A stretch of DNA of 64,000 bases from Candidatus Omnitrophota bacterium. GTDB taxonomy: Bacteria > Omnitrophota > Gorgyraeia > Duberdicusellales > 4484-171. Shown one piece after another: positions 28,743-40,469 of the stretch. Under the pieces are notes generated by a model. That model was given only the letters and a program-made list of their open reading frames with translations. It was not told where the DNA came from and made no database searches. Every line of letters begins with the position of its first letter. The first letter of the stretch is position 1. A program made the translations under genes and the position numbers. Location: NCBI GenBank assembly GCA_043823745.1, contig JBDRAN010000013.1, positions 818-64,817 on the forward strand. The letters run 5' to 3'.

Positions 28743-29383
28743 AGTATGCGACTCGGATTGTAGTGGATAAATCGGTAGCGGCCAACCGGCGATTGTTTGA
28801 GCTTTACGAGTGGCATCAGGAAGCGTGGAAATTATTTCCCGGAAGACCACGAGATAAGCGGGATTTTCTTACCCGGCTTGATGTTGATGAGTATGAGTTT
28901 CGATTCACGGTTTTGTCTGGGACTAAGCCGCAAAAGCCGGATTGGTGCGCGCAGGAGTGGTGGAATGAGAAAGAAATGCCGCAATCATTTTTTGAACAAA
29001 AGCGATATTTGTTTAAGGTTCTGGCAAATCCGACTCGTACGCTTTCGCGGCGTGATCCTGCGGGAAATAAAAAGAAACATGGTAGTCATTATGCGATAAC
29101 TGAGCAGGAGGAGCTTAAGCAATGGATTATAAGGAAGGGAGAGCAGTGTGGTTTTGTAGTTTTAGACGATCCTCAACTTGATATTTCACCACCGATTTTT
29201 CATCGGTTTTATAAGGAAGACAAGAAAATACAGAAAGAATACGAAGGTGGTATTGTCGGAGTAGAATTTAAGGGTGCGCTGGAAGTAACAAACAAAGAAA
29301 GTTTTTTAAAGGCAGTTCGTGAAGGTATAGGCCGCGCCCGGGGAGTTGGGTTCGGCATGTTGGTTTTAAAACCGATAGCATAA
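28739..29383 (+). CDS. cas6e: type I-E Cas6e
   Basis: YEWHQ, LANPT, GIGRARGVGFGML glycine-rich loop. Confidence 0.93.
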   Translation: MKYATRIVVDKSVAANRRLFELYEWHQEAWKLFPGRPRDKRDFLTRLDVDEYEFRFTVLSGTKPQKPDWCAQEWWNEKEMPQSFFEQKRYLFKVLANPTRTLSRRDPAGNKKKHGSHYAITEQEELKQWIIRKGEQCGFVVLDDPQLDISPPIFHRFYKEDKKIQKEYEGGIVGVEFKGALEVTNKESFLKAVREGIGRARGVGFGMLVLKPIA

Positions 29384-29405
29384 TTAAAACAAAAGGAGAT
29401 TTGCC

Positions 29406-30464
29406 ATGAAACATTTAGAGCTTCACATTCTGCAGTCGTTCCCGGTGACATGTCTTAACCGTGATGATCTTAATTCACCAAAGACCGCGATTTTCGGCGG
29501 TGTTCAACGCGCGCGGGTTTCAAGCCAATGCTGGAAGCGTGCGGTGCGGGAATTAGCACAAGAAGCGCTTCCCGAATTTTTTAAAGGTCAGCGTGGAAGG
29601 TTGATTGTAGAGCCGCTTAAGGCCGCTCTTTTAAAAGAAGGCCTTGATGAGGCCAAAGCAATTGAGGCCGCAAAAGAGATCGCGGATCATTTAGCGACGT
29701 ACGATAAAGACGCGGAAAAAAAGAATGGCGTAAAAAAGAATGGCGTAATAAGGGTAAAGACGGCATATTTTACAACTCAAGGCGAGATAAATAAATTGGC
29801 ACTGGCTTATAAAAAGAGTGGCGATGTCAAAAAAGCAGTAAAAGAAATCAAACCTGAAGATTTAAAAGATGCGGCTGATATTTCATTGTTTGGTCGTATG
29901 GTGGCAAGTGATCATACTCTTACTGTTGAGGGAGCGGCTATGTTTAGTCATGCGCTTTCTGTCCATAAGGTCGACAATGAGATCGATTATTTTTCGACTA
30001 AAGAAGATTTTCCTAATGTTGATGCAGGCGCTGCCATGACGGGTACCTTGGAGTTCAATTCGGCAACCTATTATCGTTTTGCCGCGCTTAATCTCGACAT
30101 GCTTTTTGATAAAGATCATCTTGCATGCCTTGACGCAGGAGAGCGGAAGAAGATCGTGAAAGCATTTGTAAAAGCAACTCTTGAAGCTGTGCCGGTTGCC
30201 AGAAGAAACTCTATGAACGGGGATGTCAGGCCAAGATACGTGTTGTGTGTTATTCGTGAAAAAGGGCATCCTGTTCAACTGGTTAATGCGTTTGAGGAGC
30301 CGATTTTCAGTAAAAACGGGCTTGTAGAAAAATCGGTTGAAGCGATCAAACAGGAATATAAATCCTTGAAAGAAAATTGGGCGTTATCGGCGGCAGCTGA
30401 AATCGAAATGCCTGAAAAAGGGATAACGGAACTCCTGTCGGAGGTAGAAAAACATGTCAGCTGA
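29406..30464 (+). CDS. cas7: type I-E Cas7/Cse4
   Basis: LNRDDLNSPK, RVSSQCWKR, LFGRM, YYRF. Confidence 0.95.
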   Translation: MKHLELHILQSFPVTCLNRDDLNSPKTAIFGGVQRARVSSQCWKRAVRELAQEALPEFFKGQRGRLIVEPLKAALLKEGLDEAKAIEAAKEIADHLATYDKDAEKKNGVKKNGVIRVKTAYFTTQGEINKLALAYKKSGDVKKAVKEIKPEDLKDAADISLFGRMVASDHTLTVEGAAMFSHALSVHKVDNEIDYFSTKEDFPNVDAGAAMTGTLEFNSATYYRFAALNLDMLFDKDHLACLDAGERKKIVKAFVKATLEAVPVARRNSMNGDVRPRYVLCVIREKGHPVQLVNAFEEPIFSKNGLVEKSVEAIKQEYKSLKENWALSAAAEIEMPEKGITELLSEVEKHVS

Positions 30465-31134
30465 AACTGTTATATTGGTATTGCGGCTTGAGGGGCCTAT
30501 GCAATCCTGGGGCTACGACAGCCAATTTAACCGGCGCAATACGGCGCTTTTTCCGACTAAAAGTGCGTTGGCTGGACTTTGTTGCGCTGCTATGGGACTG
30601 TCACGAGGATCGCGGGAGGAGAAAGAAGCTTTGCAAAAATATGCGATGGTAAAGCTTTTGTGTATCGCTGTGCCACGCCAGATAAAAAATAAGGATATCA
30701 TGGTAAAGCGCATGCAGGACTATCATACGGTACAGCATACTGTGTCGGCTGATGGCACACCCAAAAAGGATGCTGTTCTTACATATCGGCAATATCTGAA
30801 CGATGCTTTCTTCTATGCGTTTCTTGAAGGTGATAAATTGTTTCTTAAAGCAATAGCGGAAAAGCTGGTAAATCCTGTGTGGGGTATTTGGCTTGGCAGA
30901 AAAGCGTGCATCCCATCTGCGCCGGTATTCGCCGGTGTTTATCCAACAAGGGAAGAAGCCGCAAAAGCTCTTTTGAGTGGTAGTTCGCTTGAGGCGTTTA
31001 CGCGCGTTCAAGAAGTAGATTCGTTTGGCGATGGCATCGATTCGTATATGGATCAGCCGGTATCATTTGAAATGTACGCAAGAAAATTTGTACCGAGACG
31101 AGTCATGTTGCATGAAGCAAAGACTGTGGATTAA
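30454..31134 (+). CDS. cas5: type I-E Cas5e
   Basis: LEGPMQSWG, PTKSA, DYHT, RQYL, LGRKACIPS. Confidence 0.95.
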   Translation: MSAETVILVLRLEGPMQSWGYDSQFNRRNTALFPTKSALAGLCCAAMGLSRGSREEKEALQKYAMVKLLCIAVPRQIKNKDIMVKRMQDYHTVQHTVSADGTPKKDAVLTYRQYLNDAFFYAFLEGDKLFLKAIAEKLVNPVWGIWLGRKACIPSAPVFAGVYPTREEAAKALLSGSSLEAFTRVQEVDSFGDGIDSYMDQPVSFEMYARKFVPRRVMLHEAKTVD

Positions 31135-31150
31135 TGCTGGTGCGTAAAAT

Positions 31151-32351
<1,201 letters not shown>

Positions 32352-32454
32352 ATACAAAACAATAATAGTTAATTTGGTAAGCACTTTTTTAGGTTACCAA
32401 AGGTTTAAAACAATAAAAATAGTTTTTAGAGCCATTTAAAGCGAAAATAGAAGT
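32352..32454 (+). promoter_or_regulatory. CRISPR leader
   Basis: AT-rich non-coding segment between cas2 and the first repeat. Confidence 0.75.
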
Positions 32455-33703
32455 ATGTTCCCCACACACGTGGGGATGAACCGCGTTATGTTCCCGTTTG
32501 CCACGGTAGTGCTGTATGTTCCCCACACACGTGGGGATGAACCGTTGACACGGACAGGGCATACGAACTGGACTATATGTTCCCCACACACGTGGGGATG
32601 AACCGAACAGGCTAAGGGGCGCGTTAATAAACTCATAATGTTCCCCACACACGTGGGGATGAACCGTAATCGATTGGCTTTGTATTTTTGCAGTCTTAAT
32701 GTTCCCCACACACGTGGGGATGAACCGTGCTTTGCCTATTTCGTTCGGATTGCCTTTATATGTTCCCCACACACGTGGGGATGAACCGCCTCGTGTATCT
32801 GTTGGCTGAGATTAGAGTTAATGTTCCCCACACACGTGGGGATGAACCGAAACATGAGAGTATATTTGAGAGGTTTCATCTATGTTCCCCACACACGTGG
32901 GGATGAACCGCAGCAAACCAAGCATAGATACTAGGCTGTTTGATGTTCCCCACACACGTGGGGATGAACCGCATAATAGGTTTATAAGCAGAAGTATTCT
33001 TGTATGTTCCCCACACACGTGGGGATGAACCGGTGAAGGAGGTCTAAATGAGCAAAACAATAAAATGTTCCCCACACACGTGGGGATGAACCGTTTTATA
33101 CTGCCTTGTGCCTCAAGGAGGGCTAATGTTCCCCACACACGTGGGGATGAACCGATTTGGCTAAGTATAAAAGTATTTGCAACTGTATGTTCCCCACACA
33201 CGTGGGGATGAACCGAGTTCGGCAATAATATTGGCTATGCGCTCGGCATGTTCCCCACACACGTGGGGATGAACCGCCGGATAAGGAGCTTACGGTTGAC
33301 ACGAAAGAATGTTCCCCACACACGTGGGGATGAACCGCTATCATGCATTGAGAATATCCAAGGGGTTGCATGTTCCCCACACACGTGGGGATGAACCGGC
33401 ATGATTATTTTCTCCTAATCGTTTATTGCGATGTACCCCACACACGTGGGGATGAACCATCCTCCGGCACAGTCATTGTCATAAACCAAGCATGTTCCCC
33501 ACACACGTGGGGATGAACCGCGCCTGCGTATCTGTGCCTGACTTGCCGATGTATGTTCCCCACACACGTGGGGATGAACCGAGACAGGACTCCCCCGCCG
33601 AGGGTTTAATTCTATGTTCCCCACACACGTGGGGATGAACCGGTCAAACCTCCACCCGCATTCAGCCTTTTTCAATGTTCCCCACACACGTGGGGATGAA
33701 TCG
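32455..33703 (+). CRISPR. type I-E CRISPR array, 21 repeats / 20 spacers
   Basis: 29-nt repeat ATGTTCCCCACACACGTGGGGATGAACCG with exact 61-nt period; variants at 33431 and the terminal copy 33675. Confidence 0.99.
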
Positions 33704-33714
33704 GAGTAGTTGAG

Positions 33715-33771
33715 GTCGCGCCCCGTCTGCCTGTCGGCAGACAGGATAGACAGGGGCGCGTGGATTGAAAC
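33715..33771 (+). CRISPR. orphan type I-C repeat interrupted by a palindromic insertion
   Basis: GTCGCGCCCC + 28 nt + GGGGCGCGTGGATTGAAAC. Confidence 0.8.
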
Positions 33772-33891
33772 TTCGCCTTTCTGGCCGTGCTGCGTCGAGC
33801 ATTATCTTATAAAAGAAGGTTTGGCTTCCCACTCCGGAGGCTTTTAAAAACAGTACCGTAACTTTTTAAACATGGTATAATATTCCATTAT

Positions 33892-34401
33892 ATGAAAAGT
33901 CTTGTGATTTACTTTTCACATCGCGGCAATACCGCTTTTGTTTCACGGGCTTTTTACGACGCGCTCAAAAAACGCGGCGAGGCCTACCTTTTTGAGCTCA
34001 AATATGTAGGAGAAAAGAGCCTTCTGGTGCATCTTTTTTATCGTTTTTTTCCTTCCCGCGCGCAGCTTGCCACCGTGCCCACAGACTTACAGGATTATGA
34101 CGTTCTGTGCTTAGGGATCCCGGTACTCGGGGGGTACCCCTCAAGCGCTATTACGAAGTATGTCCAGATGATCTCAAGTCTTTCCGGGAAAAAAGTGATT
34201 TGTTGTTATGTGTATGGTATTGAAGCCAGTGCTGACCATTGCAGCCGGTATATGGAAAAAATCTTGTCGCGCGCCGGCAAACCCACCATTATTGAAGCCT
34301 ATGTTCCTTGGTATGACGTTTTACGGGAACATTTTATGGATAATATTATTGATAAATCTTTGAGTCAGTTGACTTCAGGCCCCACCATTTTTCAGGTTTA
34401 A
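33892..34401 (+). CDS. flavodoxin-like protein
   Basis: LVIYFSHRGNT, YDVLCLGIPV; TGGTATAAT extended -10 about 10 nt upstream. Confidence 0.75.
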   Translation: MKSLVIYFSHRGNTAFVSRAFYDALKKRGEAYLFELKYVGEKSLLVHLFYRFFPSRAQLATVPTDLQDYDVLCLGIPVLGGYPSSAITKYVQMISSLSGKKVICCYVYGIEASADHCSRYMEKILSRAGKPTIIEAYVPWYDVLREHFMDNIIDKSLSQLTSGPTIFQV

Positions 34402-34420
34402 CGGAGCGATATCATCGACG

Positions 34421-34846
34421 ATGAGACAAGAGTTACCATCTCGTTTAGAAAATATTCCCCTCTTTCTTGCGCAGTGCCTCCAGTATTTAAACAGCGCTTC
34501 GTTGCCCGAGAGCGATATTTTTGATATCCGGATATCGTTAGAAGAGGCAATCGTTAATGCAATGAAGCACGGCAACCGGTTTGATCCCGCGCGGACCGTT
34601 GACATATCGCTTGAAATTTTTCCTTCGCGCGTGGTTGCCGAGGTAACGGATAAAGGGGTGGGGTTTGACCATGCAATGATTCCCGACCCCACGCATCAGG
34701 ACAATCTTAAAAAACCATCCGGGAGAGGTGTTTTTTTGATCAAACAGCTCATGGATGAGGTAGAATTTTTTGATTGTGGCCGCACGATAAAAATGATAAA
34801 ATTCATCAAACAAGGAGGCGCGCATGATACAACAGGAAAAAGTTAA
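34421..34846 (+). CDS. RsbW-like anti-sigma factor Ser kinase
   Basis: EEAIVNAMKHGN, DKGVGFD, GRGVFLIKQLMD. Confidence 0.92.
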   Translation: MRQELPSRLENIPLFLAQCLQYLNSASLPESDIFDIRISLEEAIVNAMKHGNRFDPARTVDISLEIFPSRVVAEVTDKGVGFDHAMIPDPTHQDNLKKPSGRGVFLIKQLMDEVEFFDCGRTIKMIKFIKQGGAHDTTGKS

Positions 34847-35153
34847 TGATGTTTTAGTCTGCATTATTAACGGAGAAGTGAATATAACTACTTCCCCTGA
34901 GTTGCGTAAAGCCTTCGAAAAGATCATTCACGATAACCAGAAAAAGATCATTATTGATTTTACCCAGGTCACCTATATTGACTCGTCCGGCCTTGCGACG
35001 CTTATCGAGATGCTCCAGCGGCTGCGAAAAATCGGCGGATCGCTGCGCCTCGCCAATATGTCCCAGAAAGTAAAAAATGTTTTTGAGATTACCAAGCTCG
35101 CAAAACTCTTTGAGATCGCTGACACGCGCGAAGCAGCGCTTCTTAATTTTTAA
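34824..35153 (+). CDS. STAS anti-anti-sigma factor (RsbV/MlaB-like)
   Basis: VTYIDSSGLATL with phospho-acceptor Ser; VFEITKL. Confidence 0.92.
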   Translation: MIQQEKVNDVLVCIINGEVNITTSPELRKAFEKIIHDNQKKIIIDFTQVTYIDSSGLATLIEMLQRLRKIGGSLRLANMSQKVKNVFEITKLAKLFEIADTREAALLNF

Positions 35154-35355
35154 TGAGCCAGCATCTTTTGAAGCGAACGCAGTGAGTGCACAAAAGTGCG
35201 TCGGCGAATTATCCTGAGCCTGGCCGAAGGACGCGGCGAAGGGTAATGATATTTCAGCCAGCATCTTTTCCGAGAGTGAATGTGACTAAAAAGTGCGCAC
35301 GCAGAAGTATCCTTACGATAATACGTATTGAGAATCTTGCAGCTCCGCAATCGTT

Positions 35356-36144
35356 ATGATTTCTTCCATAGGAAAATTAATCATCGAAACACTCATTACC
35401 GCCCGAGACGTTCTGCGTCTTCTCATGAACATCTGCTATTGGATTTTCCTGGGGCCTGTCCGGAAAAAATTCGTTAAGCTTGACGCGGTTGCCTACCAGA
35501 TGGTATTTGTGGGTTTGCGGTCCGTTGTCATCGTTTTTTTTATCACGGTTTTTACCGGAATCGTCCTTGCCATGCAGACTGCCTATCAGCTTGAAAAGAT
35601 GGGCGCGGTGCTCTATGTGGCGTCTTTGGTCGCGATATCGCTCTGTCGCGAGCTAAGTCCGGTGCTCACCTCGCTTGTCGTCGCAGGCCGGGTCGGTTCG
35701 GCGTTTGCCGCTGAACTGGGCACGATGAAAGTAAGCGAGCAGATTGAGGCGCTGGAGACGATGGCAATTAACCCGGTTCGTTTTCTTGCCGCCCCGCGCT
35801 TCTTGGCGCTTCTGTTTATGCTCCCGTGCCTGACTATTATCGGGAATCTTTCCGGTATATTCGGCGGGTACCTGGTCGGCACTAACGCGTTGCATATTAA
35901 CGGTGACCTGTATGTGCAGACAAGCTTTAAATACCTTGAATTAAAAGATATTTTTACCGGCCTGATTAAATCCGTCATCTTCGCGATCATCATCGCGCTC
36001 ATCGGCTGCTACGAAGGTCTTAATACTCGCGGCGGCGCAGAAGGAGTGGGCCGAGCGACCACACGGAGTGTGGTGATCAGCTTTATCTTAATATTGTTAG
36101 CCGATTGTGTTGTTACCGCGTTCTTTTATTTCTCGAAGATGTAA
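35356..36144 (+). CDS. mlaE: MlaE-family ABC permease
   Basis: RELSPVLT, AGRVGSAFAAELGTMKVSEQIEAL, GGAEGVGRATT. Confidence 0.93.
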   Translation: MISSIGKLIIETLITARDVLRLLMNICYWIFLGPVRKKFVKLDAVAYQMVFVGLRSVVIVFFITVFTGIVLAMQTAYQLEKMGAVLYVASLVAISLCRELSPVLTSLVVAGRVGSAFAAELGTMKVSEQIEALETMAINPVRFLAAPRFLALLFMLPCLTIIGNLSGIFGGYLVGTNALHINGDLYVQTSFKYLELKDIFTGLIKSVIFAIIIALIGCYEGLNTRGGAEGVGRATTRSVVISFILILLADCVVTAFFYFSKM

Positions 36145-36407
36145 TGAGTCCTGTTTTTGCCTCTATTGATATTTTCGCAATTTCCTCCGCCGCAAAGCGG
36201 CGGGAAATTGCGAGAGAACCTATCGGGTGCAAAAACAGGATGAATTATCCTTCGGGGTGCCTTAATATCGTAAAAATTTCGTTAGGAAATTTTTACGAAG
36301 CACCACCGAAACCTATTGGCCGAAGCCTTTCTGGAAAATTTCAGATTGAGAAATTTTCCAGATATCAAGAGGCGAGGGGCAGTATGTAAAGAAAACTTTC
36401 TTAATCT

Positions 36408-37220
36408 ATGAGCTCAAAAGATTGCACCCCAGAGCCGATTATTTCGTTGCGGAATGTTTCTAAGTCTTTCCAGGGGAAAAAAACTATTGATAATGTAAGC
36501 CTTGATATTTTTTGCGGCGAAACCTTTATCATTATGGGTTGTTCCGGATCAGGCAAAAGCACCCTGCTGCGTCTTATGACCGGTATTCTCCGGCCCGACG
36601 AGGGAAGTGTTATCGTTAAAGGAACTGATGTCACCCGGTGCAGCCCCGATGAGCTTGATACAGTGCGCCGGTCCTTTGGCATGGTATTTCAGTACTCAGC
36701 GCTGCTCGATTCGCTTACGGTAGAGGAGAATATCGCGCTTCCCTTGCGTGAGCATACAAAGCTTGCCGATGATATTATCAGTATTATTATTAAGATGAAA
36801 CTATCTCTGGTCGGGTTGCGCGGGTATGAAAAGCATTATCCTTCACAGATTTCAGGCGGCATGCGTAAGCGTGTTAGCCTTGCGCGCAGCGTCGCGCTTG
36901 ATCCCGATATCGTTTTTTATGATGAGCCGACCTCAGGGCTTGATCCGGTGGTTGGCGGCGTAACCGATAAGCTTATCAAGGATTTGAGCGTCAAGCTTCG
37001 TATCACCTCGGTTGTAGTGACACACGATATGCAAAGTGTTTTTAGTATCGGAGACCGGATTGCAATGGTGCATAAAGGAAAGATTGTTGCCGTGGGTACA
37101 TCGAAGGAAATAAAGAGCTCACCCGACCCCTATGTTCAGCAGTTCATTAACGGTAATCCCATCGGCCCGATAGACTTTTTTAAAGAGGATATTGCGATTG
37201 AGGAAGTACTTGGTCTTTGA
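36408..37220 (+). CDS. mlaF: MlaF-family ABC ATPase
   Basis: GCSGSGKS, FQYSALLDS, ISGGMRKR, YDEPTSGLDP, VTHD. Confidence 0.93.
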   Translation: MSSKDCTPEPIISLRNVSKSFQGKKTIDNVSLDIFCGETFIIMGCSGSGKSTLLRLMTGILRPDEGSVIVKGTDVTRCSPDELDTVRRSFGMVFQYSALLDSLTVEENIALPLREHTKLADDIISIIIKMKLSLVGLRGYEKHYPSQISGGMRKRVSLARSVALDPDIVFYDEPTSGLDPVVGGVTDKLIKDLSVKLRITSVVVTHDMQSVFSIGDRIAMVHKGKIVAVGTSKEIKSSPDPYVQQFINGNPIGPIDFFKEDIAIEEVLGL

Positions 37221-37371
37221 TTAACGCGAATTTACGCGAATTAAAAGCGCTAATTACCGCGAATACGAGGGGCAGTAAATAGTATTTTATATTAACGTAT
37301 AAAAATTTTTTATATATTAGCGGTCATTCGCGTTGCTTAATTGGCGGCGATTAGCGTTTAAAAGGAGAAAG

Positions 37372-38031
37372 ATGAAAAAAATCACCAATGAGTTCAAAGT
37401 AGGGTTCTTTATTATACTTTGTATTACGGGTTTGGTTTACCTAACCTTTAGCACCGGCAAGGTGCAAGTTAAAAAGGAAGGGTACCGTATTTATGCTGTT
37501 TTTGATGAGGTGGCCGGTTTGAACAAAAAAGCGCCCGTTACCTTAAACGGCCTTGAAGTAGGTAAGGTCGAAGATATCACGGTCGTGTATGATGAGGAGA
37601 CGACAAAAATCAAGCTGACGCTCTGGCTCGATCAACGCGCCCGGCCGCGCAGCGATGCCGTTGTTTCCATAAAAACGATGGGCCTTATGGGCGAGAAGTA
37701 TATTCAGATTTCCTCCCGCGCCGGCCGTGATTTTATTGCCCCCGGGGCCGTATTGACCGGCAAGCCGTACATGGATCTCGATGTGGTGATGGAGCAGGCG
37801 CAAGTCTTGCAGGAAGGTATCGGCGGCCTGACCGATGAAGTTAAAAAGCTTGCCGTCGCTATCAATGAAACGGTTGATGAAAACAAAGATGATATCAGCC
37901 GGATCGTTGAGAATATTGAATCGGTCACCAAGAACTTTGAAGATTTCAGCGCTGACGTTAAGATGCATCCCTGGAAGATCTTATATAAAACTAAAGAAGA
38001 AAAGGTAAAAGGGAAAAGGGGGGAACAATGA
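37372..38031 (+). CDS. mlaD: MlaD/MCE domain protein
   Basis: EFKVGFF TM, AGL..KAPV..NGLEVGKV, GLMGEKYI, helical tail ending HPW. Confidence 0.92.
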   Translation: MKKITNEFKVGFFIILCITGLVYLTFSTGKVQVKKEGYRIYAVFDEVAGLNKKAPVTLNGLEVGKVEDITVVYDEETTKIKLTLWLDQRARPRSDAVVSIKTMGLMGEKYIQISSRAGRDFIAPGAVLTGKPYMDLDVVMEQAQVLQEGIGGLTDEVKKLAVAINETVDENKDDISRIVENIESVTKNFEDFSADVKMHPWKILYKTKEEKVKGKRGEQ

Positions 38032-38795
38032 GACGGTTTCTTATTCTTTTTTTCTGTGTTGTATGTATTTGTTTTTCGGCATTCGCTCAAGACGTGAAAA
38101 TTGTAAGTGTCCGCGGCAAGGTCATGGTTAAAAAAGACCCCGCTGCGGCCTGGGCACGCGCCAAAGCCACCATGGTTATTGGCAGCCAGGCTGAAATTAA
38201 AACCGACGCTAAAGGAGAGTGCATGCTCTCCTTTGATGATCAAATGAAAAATGTGCTTACCATAAAAGGTAATTCGCAGGTCGCATTACAAAGTATACAG
38301 CCGGTTTCCCTCAATCTTGCACAAGGAAAGGTATTTGCTTTAATTGACGATATCAAGCGCGTTGAGAAGTTTGAAATCCGCACCCCTACCGTGGTTGCCG
38401 GTGTGCGTGGGACTGGAGAATCGGTCGAGTCAAATAATCGCGGCAGTACCGTGAAGTGTTTTGCGGATACGGTGTATGTGCAAGGTCAAGGTCAGGAACA
38501 GGCACTTACCGAGGGCTTTGGTATAACGGGCGATGAGCAGGGGTCACTTGGCGCGCGTTTTGGCTTAAGCGATACCGATATGAATGAATGGAGAAATTTT
38601 AAGGGTGATACAGAGCAGCGTCGCCGCGACGCGTTACGTTTCGGCGACGGCGCGAATAATCCTGCCGGCGCAGGCTTAGGTGAGTTAAAAGGCGATCGCC
38701 GCGATGATTATGGAGATGCGGTTTTTGAAAATGATCGTCGGGTTGAAAAAGACAGAGCAGATGGTGGGTCTTCTGGTGGGTATCCCGGCCCCTAA
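38028..38795 (+). CDS. exported FecR-domain protein, paralog 1
   Basis: Signal peptide; GKV, FEIRTPTVVAGVRGT. Confidence 0.85.
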   Translation: MRRFLILFFCVVCICFSAFAQDVKIVSVRGKVMVKKDPAAAWARAKATMVIGSQAEIKTDAKGECMLSFDDQMKNVLTIKGNSQVALQSIQPVSLNLAQGKVFALIDDIKRVEKFEIRTPTVVAGVRGTGESVESNNRGSTVKCFADTVYVQGQGQEQALTEGFGITGDEQGSLGARFGLSDTDMNEWRNFKGDTEQRRRDALRFGDGANNPAGAGLGELKGDRRDDYGDAVFENDRRVEKDRADGGSSGGYPGP

Positions 38796-38837
38796 AGCAG
38801 GGACATGCCTCTGTAACGATTGAATGGTTGGTGTCGC

Positions 38838-39611
38838 ATGAAGTATGTTAAATTTTTGATTATTTTTTTATTGGTTTTCTGTCCGGGTATCGTTTTAGCT
38901 CAAACCGCAAAAATAATCGATGTTAAAGGCGATGTGTCAGTGAAAAAAACCACCGCCGGCGCATGGGAACAGGCGACCACGAATATGTTCCTGGAGCCCT
39001 CGGCAGAGATAAAAACAGGCGCAGACTCTAAATGTACGCTTATCTTTGATGATGCCATGAAAAACATTCTCACCGTCAAAGAGGACTCGCAGATTACCCT
39101 GACGCAGACAAAACCGGTCGACATCGCGCTCGCACAGGGGAAGGTGTTTGCGTTAATTAATGATATCAAAAAGGTTGATAAATTTGAAATCCGTACCCCT
39201 AACGCGATCTGCGGTGTGCGCGGCACCGGTGAGACGGTTGAATACACCAACGGCTCAACCATTGCCCAGTGTCTGCTTGATGTGGTCAATGTCCAAGGCC
39301 TTGACGCAAATGGCATCCTGCAGAAGGCACTTGAGCTTCTGGCCGGGCAAGGTGTGACGATAGGGCCGGACGGGTTTTTAAGCGCTCCCTTTGAGCTCTC
39401 GGACTTTGATCGTAAAGCCTGGGAAGATTTCTCGAATCATATCGAATATATGCAGAGCGTGGAGAATCAGGATAAGAATCCAGACGATAGCTTAACTGGC
39501 GATCAACAGGGTGGTTTTCGCGACGGTCTTCTTGAAGATGAGCGGCGTAACGCGCGAGAAGAAGCTCCGTTGCAAGAGCGTCTTAGCCCGTGCGCGTCTG
39601 GAACATGTTGA
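38838..39611 (+). CDS. exported FecR-domain protein, paralog 2
   Basis: Signal peptide; FEIRTPNAICGVRGT. Confidence 0.85.
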   Translation: MKYVKFLIIFLLVFCPGIVLAQTAKIIDVKGDVSVKKTTAGAWEQATTNMFLEPSAEIKTGADSKCTLIFDDAMKNILTVKEDSQITLTQTKPVDIALAQGKVFALINDIKKVDKFEIRTPNAICGVRGTGETVEYTNGSTIAQCLLDVVNVQGLDANGILQKALELLAGQGVTIGPDGFLSAPFELSDFDRKAWEDFSNHIEYMQSVENQDKNPDDSLTGDQQGGFRDGLLEDERRNAREEAPLQERLSPCASGTC

Positions 39612-39671
39612 CTGTCCTGGTATTTGAGTTTCTGATAAGGGTAAAGATTTTACGAACAACGGGGAGGGAGC

Positions 39672-40463
39672 ATGAGGTCTAAAGCAATTATTATTAGTTT
39701 TATTTTTATGATGAGTGCGTTGTGCGCGCAGGCCGGATTTTCTCAATCTCAAGGCAAAACCACCGCAAAAATAATCGACGTCAAAGGCGATGTATCAGTT
39801 AAGAAAGCCACGGCTGGCGCCTGGGAGAAAGCAACGACAAATATGTTTCTTGATCCCCAGGCAGAGATAAAAACAGGCGCAGACTCTAAATGTACGCTTA
39901 TCTTTGACGATGCCATGAAAAACATTCTCACCGTCAAAGAGGATTCACAGATTACCCTGACGCAGACAAAACCGGTCGACATCGCGCTCGCACAGGGCAA
40001 GGTGTTTGCCTTAATCGATGATATCACGCGCGTTGAGAAGTTCGAGATCCGTACCCCGACCGCGGTCTGTGGCGTGCGCGGAACCGGTGAGACGGTTGAG
40101 TATGCCAACGGTTCAACCATCGCCCAGTGCCTGCTTGATGTGGTCAATGTCCAAGGCCTTGACGCAAACGGTATTCTTCAAAAAGCGCTTGAATTGCTTG
40201 CTGGCCAAGGCGTGACGATAGGGCCGGAGGGGCTTTTAAGCGCACCCTTTGAGATCTCAGAAGCTGACCGTCGGGCATGGGAAGGGTTCCTAAGCTATAT
40301 TGAATACTTACGCAGCATTGAGGAGAGCAATAAAACTCCCGAGGATACTTTCCTTGGTGATCAACAAGCCGGCTATCGTGATAGTCTTATTGAAGATGAG
40401 CGCCGCAACGCGAGAGAAGAGACGCCCCCGCAGGATGAAGGCCAGCCTTCTCCCAATGAGTAA
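39672..40463 (+). CDS. exported FecR-domain protein, paralog 3
   Basis: Signal peptide; FEIRTPTAVCGVRGT. Confidence 0.85.
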   Translation: MRSKAIIISFIFMMSALCAQAGFSQSQGKTTAKIIDVKGDVSVKKATAGAWEKATTNMFLDPQAEIKTGADSKCTLIFDDAMKNILTVKEDSQITLTQTKPVDIALAQGKVFALIDDITRVEKFEIRTPTAVCGVRGTGETVEYANGSTIAQCLLDVVNVQGLDANGILQKALELLAGQGVTIGPEGLLSAPFEISEADRRAWEGFLSYIEYLRSIEESNKTPEDTFLGDQQAGYRDSLIEDERRNAREETPPQDEGQPSPNE

Positions 40464-40469
40464 TAAAGG

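Noticed and set aside
32484-33674. Self-targeting or duplicated spacers
   Set aside because: None noticed by eye within this window; a real search is still needed
32389-33687. Minus-strand ORFs with repeated VHPHVCGEH / RFIPTCVGN
   Set aside because: Translations of the CRISPR repeats, not genes
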